A DNA stretch of 64,000 nucleotides from SAR86 cluster bacterium (GTDB lineage: Bacteria > Pseudomonadota > Gammaproteobacteria > Pseudomonadales > Pseudohongiellaceae): contig NVVJ01000011.1 of NCBI GenBank assembly GCA_002402175.1, positions 610 through 64,609 on the forward strand, given 5' to 3'. Positions 1 to 8,619 of the stretch are shown here, piece after piece. Under the pieces are notes generated by a model. The model did not search any database. It saw nothing but the letters and a program-made list of their open reading frames with translations, and was not told the DNA's origin. The translations under genes were made by a program, and so were the position numbers. Position 1 is the stretch's first letter. Every line of letters begins with the position of its first letter.

Positions 1-932
1 ACTGAGGCTATCAATATAGCCAGCAGCATGTTGTCCCGCGACATGGCAGCACCATTTGGATCGCCGCCGTAAGCGAGAACAAAACCAATTAAAATATAAA
101 AAGTAACCTGTATCGAGAGAAAGGCACCGGCTGCGAGTGCTATGCGTTTCGGGTATTTAGCAAGCGCCTCCAACACCGGTGAACGACGAACTGGAGCTGC
201 TTCCGGCGAAGCAGCATCTTTGGCTTCTTTTAGTGCCTGTAATTCTTTAAAAGCATCGGTATCTTCCATATGAAGTTGCACATACATGCTAATACCGATT
301 AGCAATATGCTTGAGATAAATGGAATGCGCCAGCCCCACTGCATAAACGCATCTTCGGACACCGTTGCACTGATAATAATGAAGGCGATATTAGCCAGAA
401 TAACCCCCACTGGAGCACCTGCCTGAGCAAAAGCTCCGTAGTAGCCACGCTTATCCGCCGGAGCACTTTCTGTTACCAGCAACATCGCCCCGCCCCATTG
501 CCCACCAATGGCTAGACCCTGAGTAAAACGCAGCACACTTAACAATATAGGCGCCGCGATACCGATGGTTGCAAACGTTGGCAGCAAACCGATTAGTGTA
601 GAGGCAATACCCATCATCGCCAGGGCGATAACAAGAACCCGTTTTCTTCCTATTCGGTCACCATAGTGTCCAAATATAATTCCACCTAACGGACGAGCGA
701 TAAAACCAAAGGCAAAGGTAGCGAAGGAAAGAATAAGCCCAACAGTGGGTGTACTGTCTGGGAAAAAGACAGTTGGAAAAACCAGTGCCGCGGCTGTTGC
801 ATAGAGAAAGAAGTCGTACCACTCGATACTGGCTCCCGCCAGAGCTGTCAGCGCAACTTTGCGCATATTGGATTTTTGATGTGCTCCCTCAACGGAGTCT
901 GCATCAGGTGAGGAATTCATGTCAGTGGTCAT
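1..932 (-). CDS. MFS transporter, metabolite:H+ symporter family (N-terminal part; ORF runs off the window start)
   Basis: Own minus-strand translation from ATG at 932: MTTDMNSSPDADSVEGAHQKSNMRKVALTALAGASIEWYDFFLYATAAALVF... The G-x-x-IEWYDFxLY motif and glycine-rich TM segments are typical of ProP/KgtP/ShiA-type MFS symporters. Not in the ORF track because it is open at the edge. Confidence 0.8.
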   Translation of the reverse strand, partial: MTTDMNSSPDADSVEGAHQKSNMRKVALTALAGASIEWYDFFLYATAAALVFPTVFFPDSTPTVGLILSFATFAFGFIARPLGGIIFGHYGDRIGRKRVLVIALAMMGIASTLIGLLPTFATIGIAAPILLSVLRFTQGLAIGGQWGGAMLLVTESAPADKRGYYGAFAQAGAPVGVILANIAFIIISATVSEDAFMQWGWRIPFISSILLIGISMYVQLHMEDTDAFKELQALKEAKDAASPEAAPVRRSPVLEALAKYPKRIALAAGAFLSIQVTFYILIGFVLAYGGDPNGAAMSRDNMLLAILIAS

Positions 933-1089
933 ACGCCCTCCTACATTAGGCTTATTCTTATTTGCGGACTACTTTTAACTAGAGTTTGTTGATTCGCAGC
1001 ATAGCAGGGAATTTCAGGTAGCCGTATTAAAATAAGTTCAAATGAAGGTGTAGCGCATTGAACAGTTAATTACAGCTGCAGAATCCAGT

Positions 1090-1539
1090 ATGATTCGCTG
1101 CATGGGATATGAACTGTTACGACTGCTGCATTTTGCCGCGATATTCGCGTTTACCGGCGCGCTGTTTATCGAAAATATGGCAATCAAACCGGAAATAACC
1201 GGCGAGGACGCACGCAATCTGGCAAAGGTGGATGCAGTCTGTGGCGCCAGCGCCGTACTTGTTTTCCTGATTGGAATGGCTCTGTGGTTATGGGTAGGCA
1301 AGCCCAGTGAGTTTTATTCTAGTAATCCAGTTTTCCAACTCAAACTGGGCTTGTTTGCCCTTCTGGTTTTACTGGCTGCCTATCCGACTGTTTTTTTCGC
1401 CAGACACCGCCAGTCCAATGCCAGCACCATCGCCGTACCAGGAATAATTAGAGTACTGCTCAAAGCGGAAGTGTGTGTGCTGATAGTGATACCAGTGTTC
1501 GCGTTTCTAATGGCTCGCGGAGTTGGCTTAAGTGGGTAA
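1090..1539 (+). CDS. Small polytopic membrane protein of unknown function (DUF2214-like by recollection)
   Basis: 149 aa with about four hydrophobic segments (LLHFAAIFAFTGALFI, AVCGASAVLVFLIGMALWLWV, LGLFALLVLLAAYPTVFF, VCVLIVIPVFAFLMA). Divergent from the MFS gene. Confidence 0.55.
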   Translation: MIRCMGYELLRLLHFAAIFAFTGALFIENMAIKPEITGEDARNLAKVDAVCGASAVLVFLIGMALWLWVGKPSEFYSSNPVFQLKLGLFALLVLLAAYPTVFFARHRQSNASTIAVPGIIRVLLKAEVCVLIVIPVFAFLMARGVGLSG

Positions 1540-1579
1540 TAGACGGGTAATAGACCGGTAGCATTAGGGCTATAATAAA

Positions 1580-2362
1580 GTGATGAATTCAAAGAGGCTC
1601 TCCGTGAAGCATTTCACCAAAATCTGTTTTGGTCTACTGATTCTATTAGCGTCTACAGCACACATTAATGCACTCGATACAGAAGCACTGCTACGTGCTA
1701 TATCAGGATCAGACAGAGAGGTAACGGATTACGCCAGAGATGCTGCCAGAAAACCCGTAGAAGTTCTGAATTTTCTTGGCCTGGAAGCAGGCATGACCGT
1801 GCTTGACCTTTATGCGGCTGGCGGATACTACACCTTCATTTTGTCCAAGGCCGTGGGTCCAGACGGGATCGTCTATGCGCAAAATACACCCAGGGGATTA
1901 CGCTTCGAAGAAGACCGACAGAACATTACTCAAGGCGAGGCACTGGATACGAAGATTCAACGCGGTGAGCTAAATAACGTGACTCAGATTGTTCGGCCAC
2001 TACGGGAAATCGACTTGCCAGAGAATTCGCTGGATATGGTAATAATCGCGCAGACACTACACGACTCCTATAATCCTAATCCCCAACGCGCGTTAGAGAT
2101 GTTGTTACAGATTAAGGCCCTGGTAAAGCCAGGCGGGGTAGTAGGTATTACTGACCATGTGGGTGTAGCCGGTCGTAACAATCGCGAGTTGCATAGAATG
2201 CAAACGCAACAGGCAATTGATGTAGCCGAACAGGCTGGATTTACTGTGGAAGTCAGCGATTTATTGCATTCACCAAATGACGACCACCGCCGTAGCATCT
2301 TTGACCCAAGCCTCAATCGCAATACTGATCGTTTTCTTTTGAAGCTACGGAAGCCGCTGTAG
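1580..2362 (+). CDS. Exported class I SAM-dependent methyltransferase-like protein
   Basis: 260 aa. N-terminal signal-like segment ICFGLLILLASTAHINA. Motif I-like VLDLYAAGGYYT, then a VKPGGVVGITDH segment typical of the class I MTase fold. Confidence 0.65.
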   Translation: MMNSKRLSVKHFTKICFGLLILLASTAHINALDTEALLRAISGSDREVTDYARDAARKPVEVLNFLGLEAGMTVLDLYAAGGYYTFILSKAVGPDGIVYAQNTPRGLRFEEDRQNITQGEALDTKIQRGELNNVTQIVRPLREIDLPENSLDMVIIAQTLHDSYNPNPQRALEMLLQIKALVKPGGVVGITDHVGVAGRNNRELHRMQTQQAIDVAEQAGFTVEVSDLLHSPNDDHRRSIFDPSLNRNTDRFLLKLRKPL

Positions 2363-2492
2363 TAGCTGCTGCTATAGCCCCATTGTCATTTCCTGCGAGA
2401 TAGCCCTTGGAAGTGTTAGTTTATATTTGATAACCTCATGTCATTGAAAGAAAGTGATATTGGACGGCTGGCCGAATCAAAAGGAAGTAATC

Positions 2493-3806
2493 ATGAATAA
2501 GAACAAAAAGGCTGGAATAAACAAACTGTACAGCAAAGATCCTCTGAAAGCGGATCAAATTCTATGGGGTCGTCAGAGCCATCGGGTAAGTCGTCGTGGG
2601 TTTCTGAAAAATAGCGGCCTTATGGCAATGAGCACAGCACTAGGTATGGCAATACCATTCTCCCGCTTTATGCCTGCTGGATTAATTCCCGCCGCGTTTG
2701 CAGCCGAAAGCTCACCACTGGAAATCGAAGGAAAAGAAGGCTTGATCGTTCTCAACGACAGGCCACTGAATGCCGAAACGCCTGCTCATTTACTGGATGA
2801 TGATATTACGCCAAACCGCTATATGTTCATTCGCAACAATGGAATACCTCCGATAAATGTGAACCCAGACACCTGGTCTCTGGAGATAAGTGGCGAATCA
2901 GTCGAGCGACCTACCAGCTTTTCAATAGCCGAACTTAAACAGAATTTTGAAGAAGTTACACTACAACTGCAGCTGGAATGCGGCGGCAATGGTCGCAGTG
3001 AATTTACCCCTGCCGCCAGTGGCAATCAATGGACACTGGGCGCCGTTGGATGCCCAACTTTTACCGGTGTTCGCCTTAGAGATGTATTGAATTATTGCGG
3101 CGTATTAAGTGATGCCGAGTATGTAGGTTATTACGGCGCCGACACCCATATTAGTGGCGATGCATCTCGCGATCCTATTTCCCGTGGAGTGCCAATTGGC
3201 AAAGCGTTAGAAAGGGAATCTCTGATAGCGTGGCAGATGAACGGTGAAGACATTCCCCCGCAAAATGGCTATCCGCTACGCATGGTATGTGCAGGCTGGC
3301 CCGGCTCAGTTTCGGGCAAGTGGTTAAACCGCATTGTCGTCAGAAACCAGGTTCACGATGGCGAAAAAATGGCAGCTCCGTCGTATTCTGTACCGATCAA
3401 CTCTGTTGCACCAGGCTCTCGGGTGCCCAATGAGGACATGCGCACTATTGAATCCATGCCAGTTAAATCCCTGGTCACCTTTCCGCAGTCTGGCATTACT
3501 CACGATATACGAGAACGCCTGGTTGTGCGCGGCCACGCCTGGGCTGGCGATAATCAGGTCAGCGGCGTATTTATTTCCATAGACTTTGGAGCTACCTGGC
3601 TACCTTCGGCCGTACAACCAGCCAGTAATCGACTCGCCTGGCAGAACTGGCAATCCTGGGTGCAGTTTCCCGAACCAGGCTACTATGAAATCTGGGCCAG
3701 AGCGATGGATGACCGCGGGCGTTCACAACCCATGGTGGTTCCTGGCTGGAACCCAAGAGGATATTTAAATAATGCCTGCCATCGTGTTGCTGTGCAGGTG
3801 GTTTAA
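2493..3806 (+). CDS. sorA: Sulfite dehydrogenase molybdopterin subunit (sulfite oxidase family, Tat-exported)
   Basis: Tat motif SRRGFLKNSG. Moco-Cys region LQLECGGNGR. YPLRMVCAGWPGSVSGKWL is typical of the sulfite oxidase family. ATG at 2493 has AAGGAAG a few nt upstream, so it is preferred over the track start at 2454. Confidence 0.75.
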   Translation: MNKNKKAGINKLYSKDPLKADQILWGRQSHRVSRRGFLKNSGLMAMSTALGMAIPFSRFMPAGLIPAAFAAESSPLEIEGKEGLIVLNDRPLNAETPAHLLDDDITPNRYMFIRNNGIPPINVNPDTWSLEISGESVERPTSFSIAELKQNFEEVTLQLQLECGGNGRSEFTPAASGNQWTLGAVGCPTFTGVRLRDVLNYCGVLSDAEYVGYYGADTHISGDASRDPISRGVPIGKALERESLIAWQMNGEDIPPQNGYPLRMVCAGWPGSVSGKWLNRIVVRNQVHDGEKMAAPSYSVPINSVAPGSRVPNEDMRTIESMPVKSLVTFPQSGITHDIRERLVVRGHAWAGDNQVSGVFISIDFGATWLPSAVQPASNRLAWQNWQSWVQFPEPGYYEIWARAMDDRGRSQPMVVPGWNPRGYLNNACHRVAVQVV

Positions 3807-3811
3807 AGAAA

Positions 3812-4192
3812 ATGAAAAGTCTAATGGCAGATACTCTCAGATTTGGCCCACTAATCTTTGCCGTCGCCGTAATGCTATTGCCCTCAGCCAATGCTCAGGA
3901 AAGTGATCGTGTTACTGGCCTAATCAAGGAAGAAGGCTGGCAGTTGGTGCAGGCAAACTGTACTGAATGTCATACTGCTCAAATAATTATGCAAAATTCT
4001 GGCAATCGAGAAGTGTGGAAGAGCCGCATAGCATGGATGCAGAATACGCAAGGCCTGGGCGAATTAGACAATGATGTTGAAAACTCGATAGTTAATTATT
4101 TGAGTACAAACTACGGGCAAAAAGACGCATCACGACGCGCGGGACTGTCTGCGCATTTGTTCCCTGATAACCCCTACTCCGAAGCTAAATAA
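3812..4192 (+). CDS. sorB: Monoheme cytochrome c subunit of sulfite dehydrogenase
   Basis: 126 aa with signal peptide and a single CxxCH motif (CTECH). Begins 6 nt after sorA. Confidence 0.7.
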   Translation: MKSLMADTLRFGPLIFAVAVMLLPSANAQESDRVTGLIKEEGWQLVQANCTECHTAQIIMQNSGNREVWKSRIAWMQNTQGLGELDNDVENSIVNYLSTNYGQKDASRRAGLSAHLFPDNPYSEAK

Positions 4193-4193
4193 A

Positions 4194-4688
4194 ATGACTA
4201 GCGATCAATTGTCCATGTTTGAAGGTGAAAGTATTCCTGCTCCCAGACCGAGCAATGCAAAACCTTTTAATTTTTCTGTCAGTCGAACCATTGCGGCTCC
4301 CGCCGAAAAAATATTTGATCGCTGGCTAATTCCAACCTTCATTGGCAACTGGATGTTCGGACCCAAGGTTGGTAACGAAAAAGTACTCGATCTAAAAAAT
4401 GAGGTACGACCCAAGGGGGAATTCACCTATAAAATTCAGCGTGATGGAAGAGAAATAATCTGTCGCGGTGAATATAAGGTCATTGACCGACCAAAGCGCC
4501 TTAGCTTCAGCTGGCAGGAAAATGACCTTGAAGCAGGCAAGGTAAATGTTAGTTTTGAACAACATGAAGACAAAACAAAACTAAAAATATCAGTTCAAGT
4601 GCCCCAGTCCCTTTCTGATCAGTTAGAGAAAATCAAGCAGCAATGGACTGCCCGATGCAAAGCACTATCCGTGCAACTGTCAAAGTAA
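4194..4688 (+). CDS. SRPBCC (Aha1/START-like) domain protein
   Basis: 164 aa. The AAPAEKIFDRWLIP...W pattern and size are typical of AHSA1/SRPBCC ligand-binding proteins. Starts 2 nt after sorB. Confidence 0.55.
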   Translation: MTSDQLSMFEGESIPAPRPSNAKPFNFSVSRTIAAPAEKIFDRWLIPTFIGNWMFGPKVGNEKVLDLKNEVRPKGEFTYKIQRDGREIICRGEYKVIDRPKRLSFSWQENDLEAGKVNVSFEQHEDKTKLKISVQVPQSLSDQLEKIKQQWTARCKALSVQLSK

Positions 4689-4700
4689 CGATCACACTGC

Positions 4701-6113
4701 ATGCAATTTGACAGCTTCACATTTGCCGCCTTCCTTATTCTTGTAGGTATTCTGTTTCAGCTTGCGCCAAGCTGGAAATTACAAAAACTGGTACTTCTTC
4801 TTGCCAGTTATCTGTTTTACGCGGCCTGGTCTCCACCGCTAGTTATTCTTATCTGGATTTCAACCCTGACGGATTTTTCCATTGCTCGACTTATGCAAAA
4901 CGCTGCTTCTTCTGGCAGACGCCGAGCGCTGCTTGTTGTGAGTTTAGTGGTTAATTTGGGCCTGCTTTCCTATTTTAAATACGCCAGCTTTCTGATGAAT
5001 AGCTTTATAGACTTGATGGCTCAATTTGACGTTATTTATGTGGCGCCCGAGTTCGATATTATTCTGCCTATTGGTATTTCTTTTTATACATTTCAAACGC
5101 TTTCTTACAGCATCGATGTTTATCGCAAACGTATAAAGGCAAGCAATTCACTGCTGGATTTTTCTCTATTCGTTACTTTTTTCCCGCAACTGGTCGCCGG
5201 CCCCATCATGCGAGCCCAGGAGTTATTGCCGCAATTTGAAATCCCAAGAAGAATACGCCAACCACAGCTTGTTCTCGGCATAAGCCTCTTGGCGTGGGGT
5301 TTGTTTCAAAAAACAGTATTAGCTGATGGTCTGTACGCACCACTGGTGGATGAGTTTTTCAATGGACAGGCAGTGGCCAACATGTCAGTCAGCGCATTAG
5401 CAAGCTGGCTGGCTATATTCAGCTTTTCGATGCAAATCTATTTTGATTTTTCGGGTTATTCACTTTGCGCCGTAGGTACAGCACTGATTTTTGGATTTTC
5501 TCTGGTGGACAATTTTCACTCACCTTATGCGGCACTTGGATTTTCAGACTTCTGGCGCCGATGGCATATCAGTCTTTCACAATGGCTGCGTGACTATTTA
5601 TATATTTCGCTTGGTGGCAATCAGGGGTCTAAATTTCTAACCCTGCGCAACTTGAGTATTACTATGTTACTTGGTGGCTTATGGCATGGCGCCAGTTGGA
5701 ACTTCGTAGTATGGGGATTGTTACACGCTTTCTTATTGGTTTTTGAAAACTTATTGAGAAACCTGCCAGTGAAACGTCCACCGGACTTTGTAATAATATT
5801 ACTAACGTTCATAGTGGTAACGCTGTGTTGGATTCCATTTCGCAGTCCGGATTTTTCAACTTCGATAATGATAGTCCAGAATTTATTTACTCCAGGTCAA
5901 TTTATAAGCGCGCTAAGCATTCAACAAATACTAGCCACACTTGGCATAGCATTGGTTTTTAGCTATCAATACTGGCGCCGAAATCAAACCCTGGACGAAC
6001 TCATTGCTACAGTGCCTAGCGGTTTGCAGGCTGCACTACTCGCTGCTGTTGTAACAACTATTGCCCTTACCGCTACTGGAGATAGTCATGCCTTTATCTA
6101 CTTCCAGTTTTAA
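4701..6113 (+). CDS. MBOAT family membrane-bound O-acyltransferase (AlgI/DltB/PatA-like)
   Basis: 470 aa polytopic protein. Conserved MBOAT His region FWRRWHISLSQWLRDYLYISLGGN and the GGLWHGASWNF block. Confidence 0.85.
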   Translation: MQFDSFTFAAFLILVGILFQLAPSWKLQKLVLLLASYLFYAAWSPPLVILIWISTLTDFSIARLMQNAASSGRRRALLVVSLVVNLGLLSYFKYASFLMNSFIDLMAQFDVIYVAPEFDIILPIGISFYTFQTLSYSIDVYRKRIKASNSLLDFSLFVTFFPQLVAGPIMRAQELLPQFEIPRRIRQPQLVLGISLLAWGLFQKTVLADGLYAPLVDEFFNGQAVANMSVSALASWLAIFSFSMQIYFDFSGYSLCAVGTALIFGFSLVDNFHSPYAALGFSDFWRRWHISLSQWLRDYLYISLGGNQGSKFLTLRNLSITMLLGGLWHGASWNFVVWGLLHAFLLVFENLLRNLPVKRPPDFVIILLTFIVVTLCWIPFRSPDFSTSIMIVQNLFTPGQFISALSIQQILATLGIALVFSYQYWRRNQTLDELIATVPSGLQAALLAAVVTTIALTATGDSHAFIYFQF

Positions 6114-7158
6114 GCGCAGGGAGCCTGGTCAAGACCTTGTCAAACTGCTAATAGCAGGATTGCTCGCGGGATTACTGTTGGTGGTGGCTTCGGAGAATAT
6201 TCTACGAGCACTTGGAGCCAGAGCTAGTACACGTGAAACTGCCACGTTGTGGGCAGAGCATAGAGCGACGGCCTCTGCTATAGATATCGAAAAAATCATA
6301 ATCATTGGCAGTTCTCGTGCACAGCTAGGAGTTGATATTGAAGAGTTAGAAAACCTAAGTGGCACGCGAGTTGTACAACTTGCTATCGATGGCAGTCCTT
6401 ATTCGGCAATACTGGAAAGTCTTGCAAACGACCCGGCAGTAACCGGCACAATCATAATATCGACTACTCTGGACCGATTACAGCCGAGTGATGTGACTGG
6501 TCGTGCTGAACAATGGTTAGAAGAATTTGAAATTGAGTTTCAAGATGCCAGCTTTTTGCATCTAGAGAATAACCTGGTAGCCGGATTGCAATCTATTTCA
6601 GCGCTATACGCCAATGTGATTCCCTTAACTAGAATAGCCAGATCGATTGTAGGATTTGACGATTTCCCAACAACCTTCGTCTCAACACAGCGAAATCGAG
6701 AGCGCAACGCCGATTACAATCTTGCTCCCTATCCAGATGTGTATGTCACGCGGGTGATGTCGACACTTGATCTGACTCTGGAACAGGAGAGCTTTGTTGA
6801 TATAGATGCATTTGATGCCGAGGTAATTCTAGCGGCCAGAGAAGACGCTACACGCAATTCGAGACAGTTGCCTAATTTAAGTTTTATAAACACTCAGCTT
6901 ACAAAATTGCAGGCACGCTCAGTCAATGTAATTTTCGTTCAATTTCCTATGAGCGGAGCTGTAGCCGCAATCAACGATATTCGATATCCCAAAGCCATGT
7001 GGGACGTAGCGACCCAACAACTAAACGCAAACGTGATTGACTACCGAGACTATCCAGCCCTGCAATATGAATTGGTCGATGGCTCGCATTTAGACGTGCG
7101 ACAGAAAACTGAATTCACCAGAAACCTTTATCGAATCATCAACCAGCTTGCACCCTAA
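6088..7158 (+). CDS. Membrane-anchored periplasmic protein, putative SGNH/DltD-like partner of the MBOAT enzyme
   Basis: N-terminal anchor LLIAGLLAGLLLVVA. Candidate block I IIIIGSSRAQLG and C-terminal DGSHLD (D-x-x-H-like). Overlaps the MBOAT stop. Start taken at the second ATG (track ORF 6061..7158). Confidence 0.45.
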   Translation: MPLSTSSFKRREPGQDLVKLLIAGLLAGLLLVVASENILRALGARASTRETATLWAEHRATASAIDIEKIIIIGSSRAQLGVDIEELENLSGTRVVQLAIDGSPYSAILESLANDPAVTGTIIISTTLDRLQPSDVTGRAEQWLEEFEIEFQDASFLHLENNLVAGLQSISALYANVIPLTRIARSIVGFDDFPTTFVSTQRNRERNADYNLAPYPDVYVTRVMSTLDLTLEQESFVDIDAFDAEVILAAREDATRNSRQLPNLSFINTQLTKLQARSVNVIFVQFPMSGAVAAINDIRYPKAMWDVATQQLNANVIDYRDYPALQYELVDGSHLDVRQKTEFTRNLYRIINQLAP

Positions 7159-7181
7159 TATCGAATAGAACTAGCGACCTA

Positions 7182-8594
7182 CTAACGACCTATACTAGAC
7201 GCCTGCGCCTGCCGAATCGTTAGCTCAGCCGCATAGGGCAAAATGTAACCATCGGCCAGGTTTTGCTCAACGACTTCCTTTACCGCATTCACATAAGCTT
7301 CATGACTTGGATACAGCTTGTCCAATGTTGCCTCATCGAAAGACTCATACGAGCCATAAAGAAAGCAAAAGCGATTACTGCCAGTATTCATGCCTGTGTT
7401 TTTCGCCGTAGCAACAACATGTTCTGCCAAGCGAATTCCACCTAATACGTTTCCGTACTCATCCCTGGCTAGCTCAAGGTTAGGCATCATTTGTGCTACT
7501 TGTAACGGATCTGCCGTTGGCGGCGCTATATCATCTCTAATCCACACCACAAGGTGTTCAAACGCGGCGTTCATAACATCTCTGAAAGGAACATGGCTAT
7601 AGGTTGGCAGAGCACAGCCCTGATCCCGCGGTTGTGCATTGTCAGGAGACAAACCTTCACGCAGATTTCTAACCTTGGCATATTCGATTTCGAAAGGCAC
7701 ATCAACGTGTGAGCTTCCAGCGATTTCCCACTGTCGAAATGTGTTGGTATTAGGCTGAGGGTTTGCGGCTCTTCGAGGCATATCGGTTTCGGACATAATC
7801 TTGAATATTTTGGTTTGCTGGTCATCCCGTATTCGTCCGCCGCCACCATGCACCATCACGCCGTCATAAACCGGCTCCAATGGGTGGATAGTATTCAGGT
7901 AGGTTGCAAGCCGTGCAGCTGATTGCGAATGTCCTGTTGCGATAATTTGCTCTGCCTTCAGGCCGCCTAGTATATCAACGCCGCCTTGAGCTGTGTTTTC
8001 GCCCACTCGGTTTATTGCCTTTCCTACGGCGGAAAAAATATCGTAAGACAGATCATCGTTGGCAACCATTCCGTCATGGGTGGTGTCCAGACCCGCGTAG
8101 CGCTGCTCACTCCAGGCCTGCGTAGTATCAATTCCCAGCTGTTGAGCAGACACCACAACAAAGGCGTAACCATTGCGAATAAAGTGTGTGCCTGATTGCC
8201 ACCAGTCGATGTCCTTGTCTGTGCCACCGGTTACATTGACCCACTCCACTACCACAATGCCGTTAAAATCAGCGGCAGATTCAGGACGACGAACAATAAG
8301 ACGAGTTTTGTAGCGATGTCCTTGATCAAGAATTTCGGCATTCTCCAACTCTGAACTGCTATAACGATTTGCCCTACCCTCTATGAAATACTCTTCTTCG
8401 ATATAGCCATTCGCTGCCAATTCGATACCGGTAGCATTGTAAATCATATTCAAGCTTCCACTACTGGCTTCATCTGCTGCTATTGGCCCAGTAATAGTTG
8501 CATTTGGCACTTCTGCCCATGAGCTCAAGGAAGCAAAAACCATGGCTAAGGCTATCGCGCTTGATTTGAGAACAAGATTAGTTTGCTTCTTCAT
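7182..8594 (-). CDS. Secreted alpha/beta-hydrolase-like protein of unknown specificity
   Basis: 470 aa. Signal peptide ALAMVFASLSSWA. Nucleophile-elbow-like ATGHSQSAARL. Lies 25 nt downstream of the SBP gene on the same strand. Confidence 0.5.
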   Translation of the reverse strand: MKKQTNLVLKSSAIALAMVFASLSSWAEVPNATITGPIAADEASSGSLNMIYNATGIELAANGYIEEEYFIEGRANRYSSSELENAEILDQGHRYKTRLIVRRPESAADFNGIVVVEWVNVTGGTDKDIDWWQSGTHFIRNGYAFVVVSAQQLGIDTTQAWSEQRYAGLDTTHDGMVANDDLSYDIFSAVGKAINRVGENTAQGGVDILGGLKAEQIIATGHSQSAARLATYLNTIHPLEPVYDGVMVHGGGGRIRDDQQTKIFKIMSETDMPRRAANPQPNTNTFRQWEIAGSSHVDVPFEIEYAKVRNLREGLSPDNAQPRDQGCALPTYSHVPFRDVMNAAFEHLVVWIRDDIAPPTADPLQVAQMMPNLELARDEYGNVLGGIRLAEHVVATAKNTGMNTGSNRFCFLYGSYESFDEATLDKLYPSHEAYVNAVKEVVEQNLADGYILPYAAELTIRQAQASSIGR

Positions 8595-8619
8595 AACAGA
8601 GCTCCAGTAGATATTTTTT

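Noticed and set aside
749-949. 66-aa plus-strand ORF from the track
   Set aside because: It lies entirely antisense to the strongly supported MFS transporter frame (IEWYDFFLY motif on the minus strand), and its composition is not protein-like.
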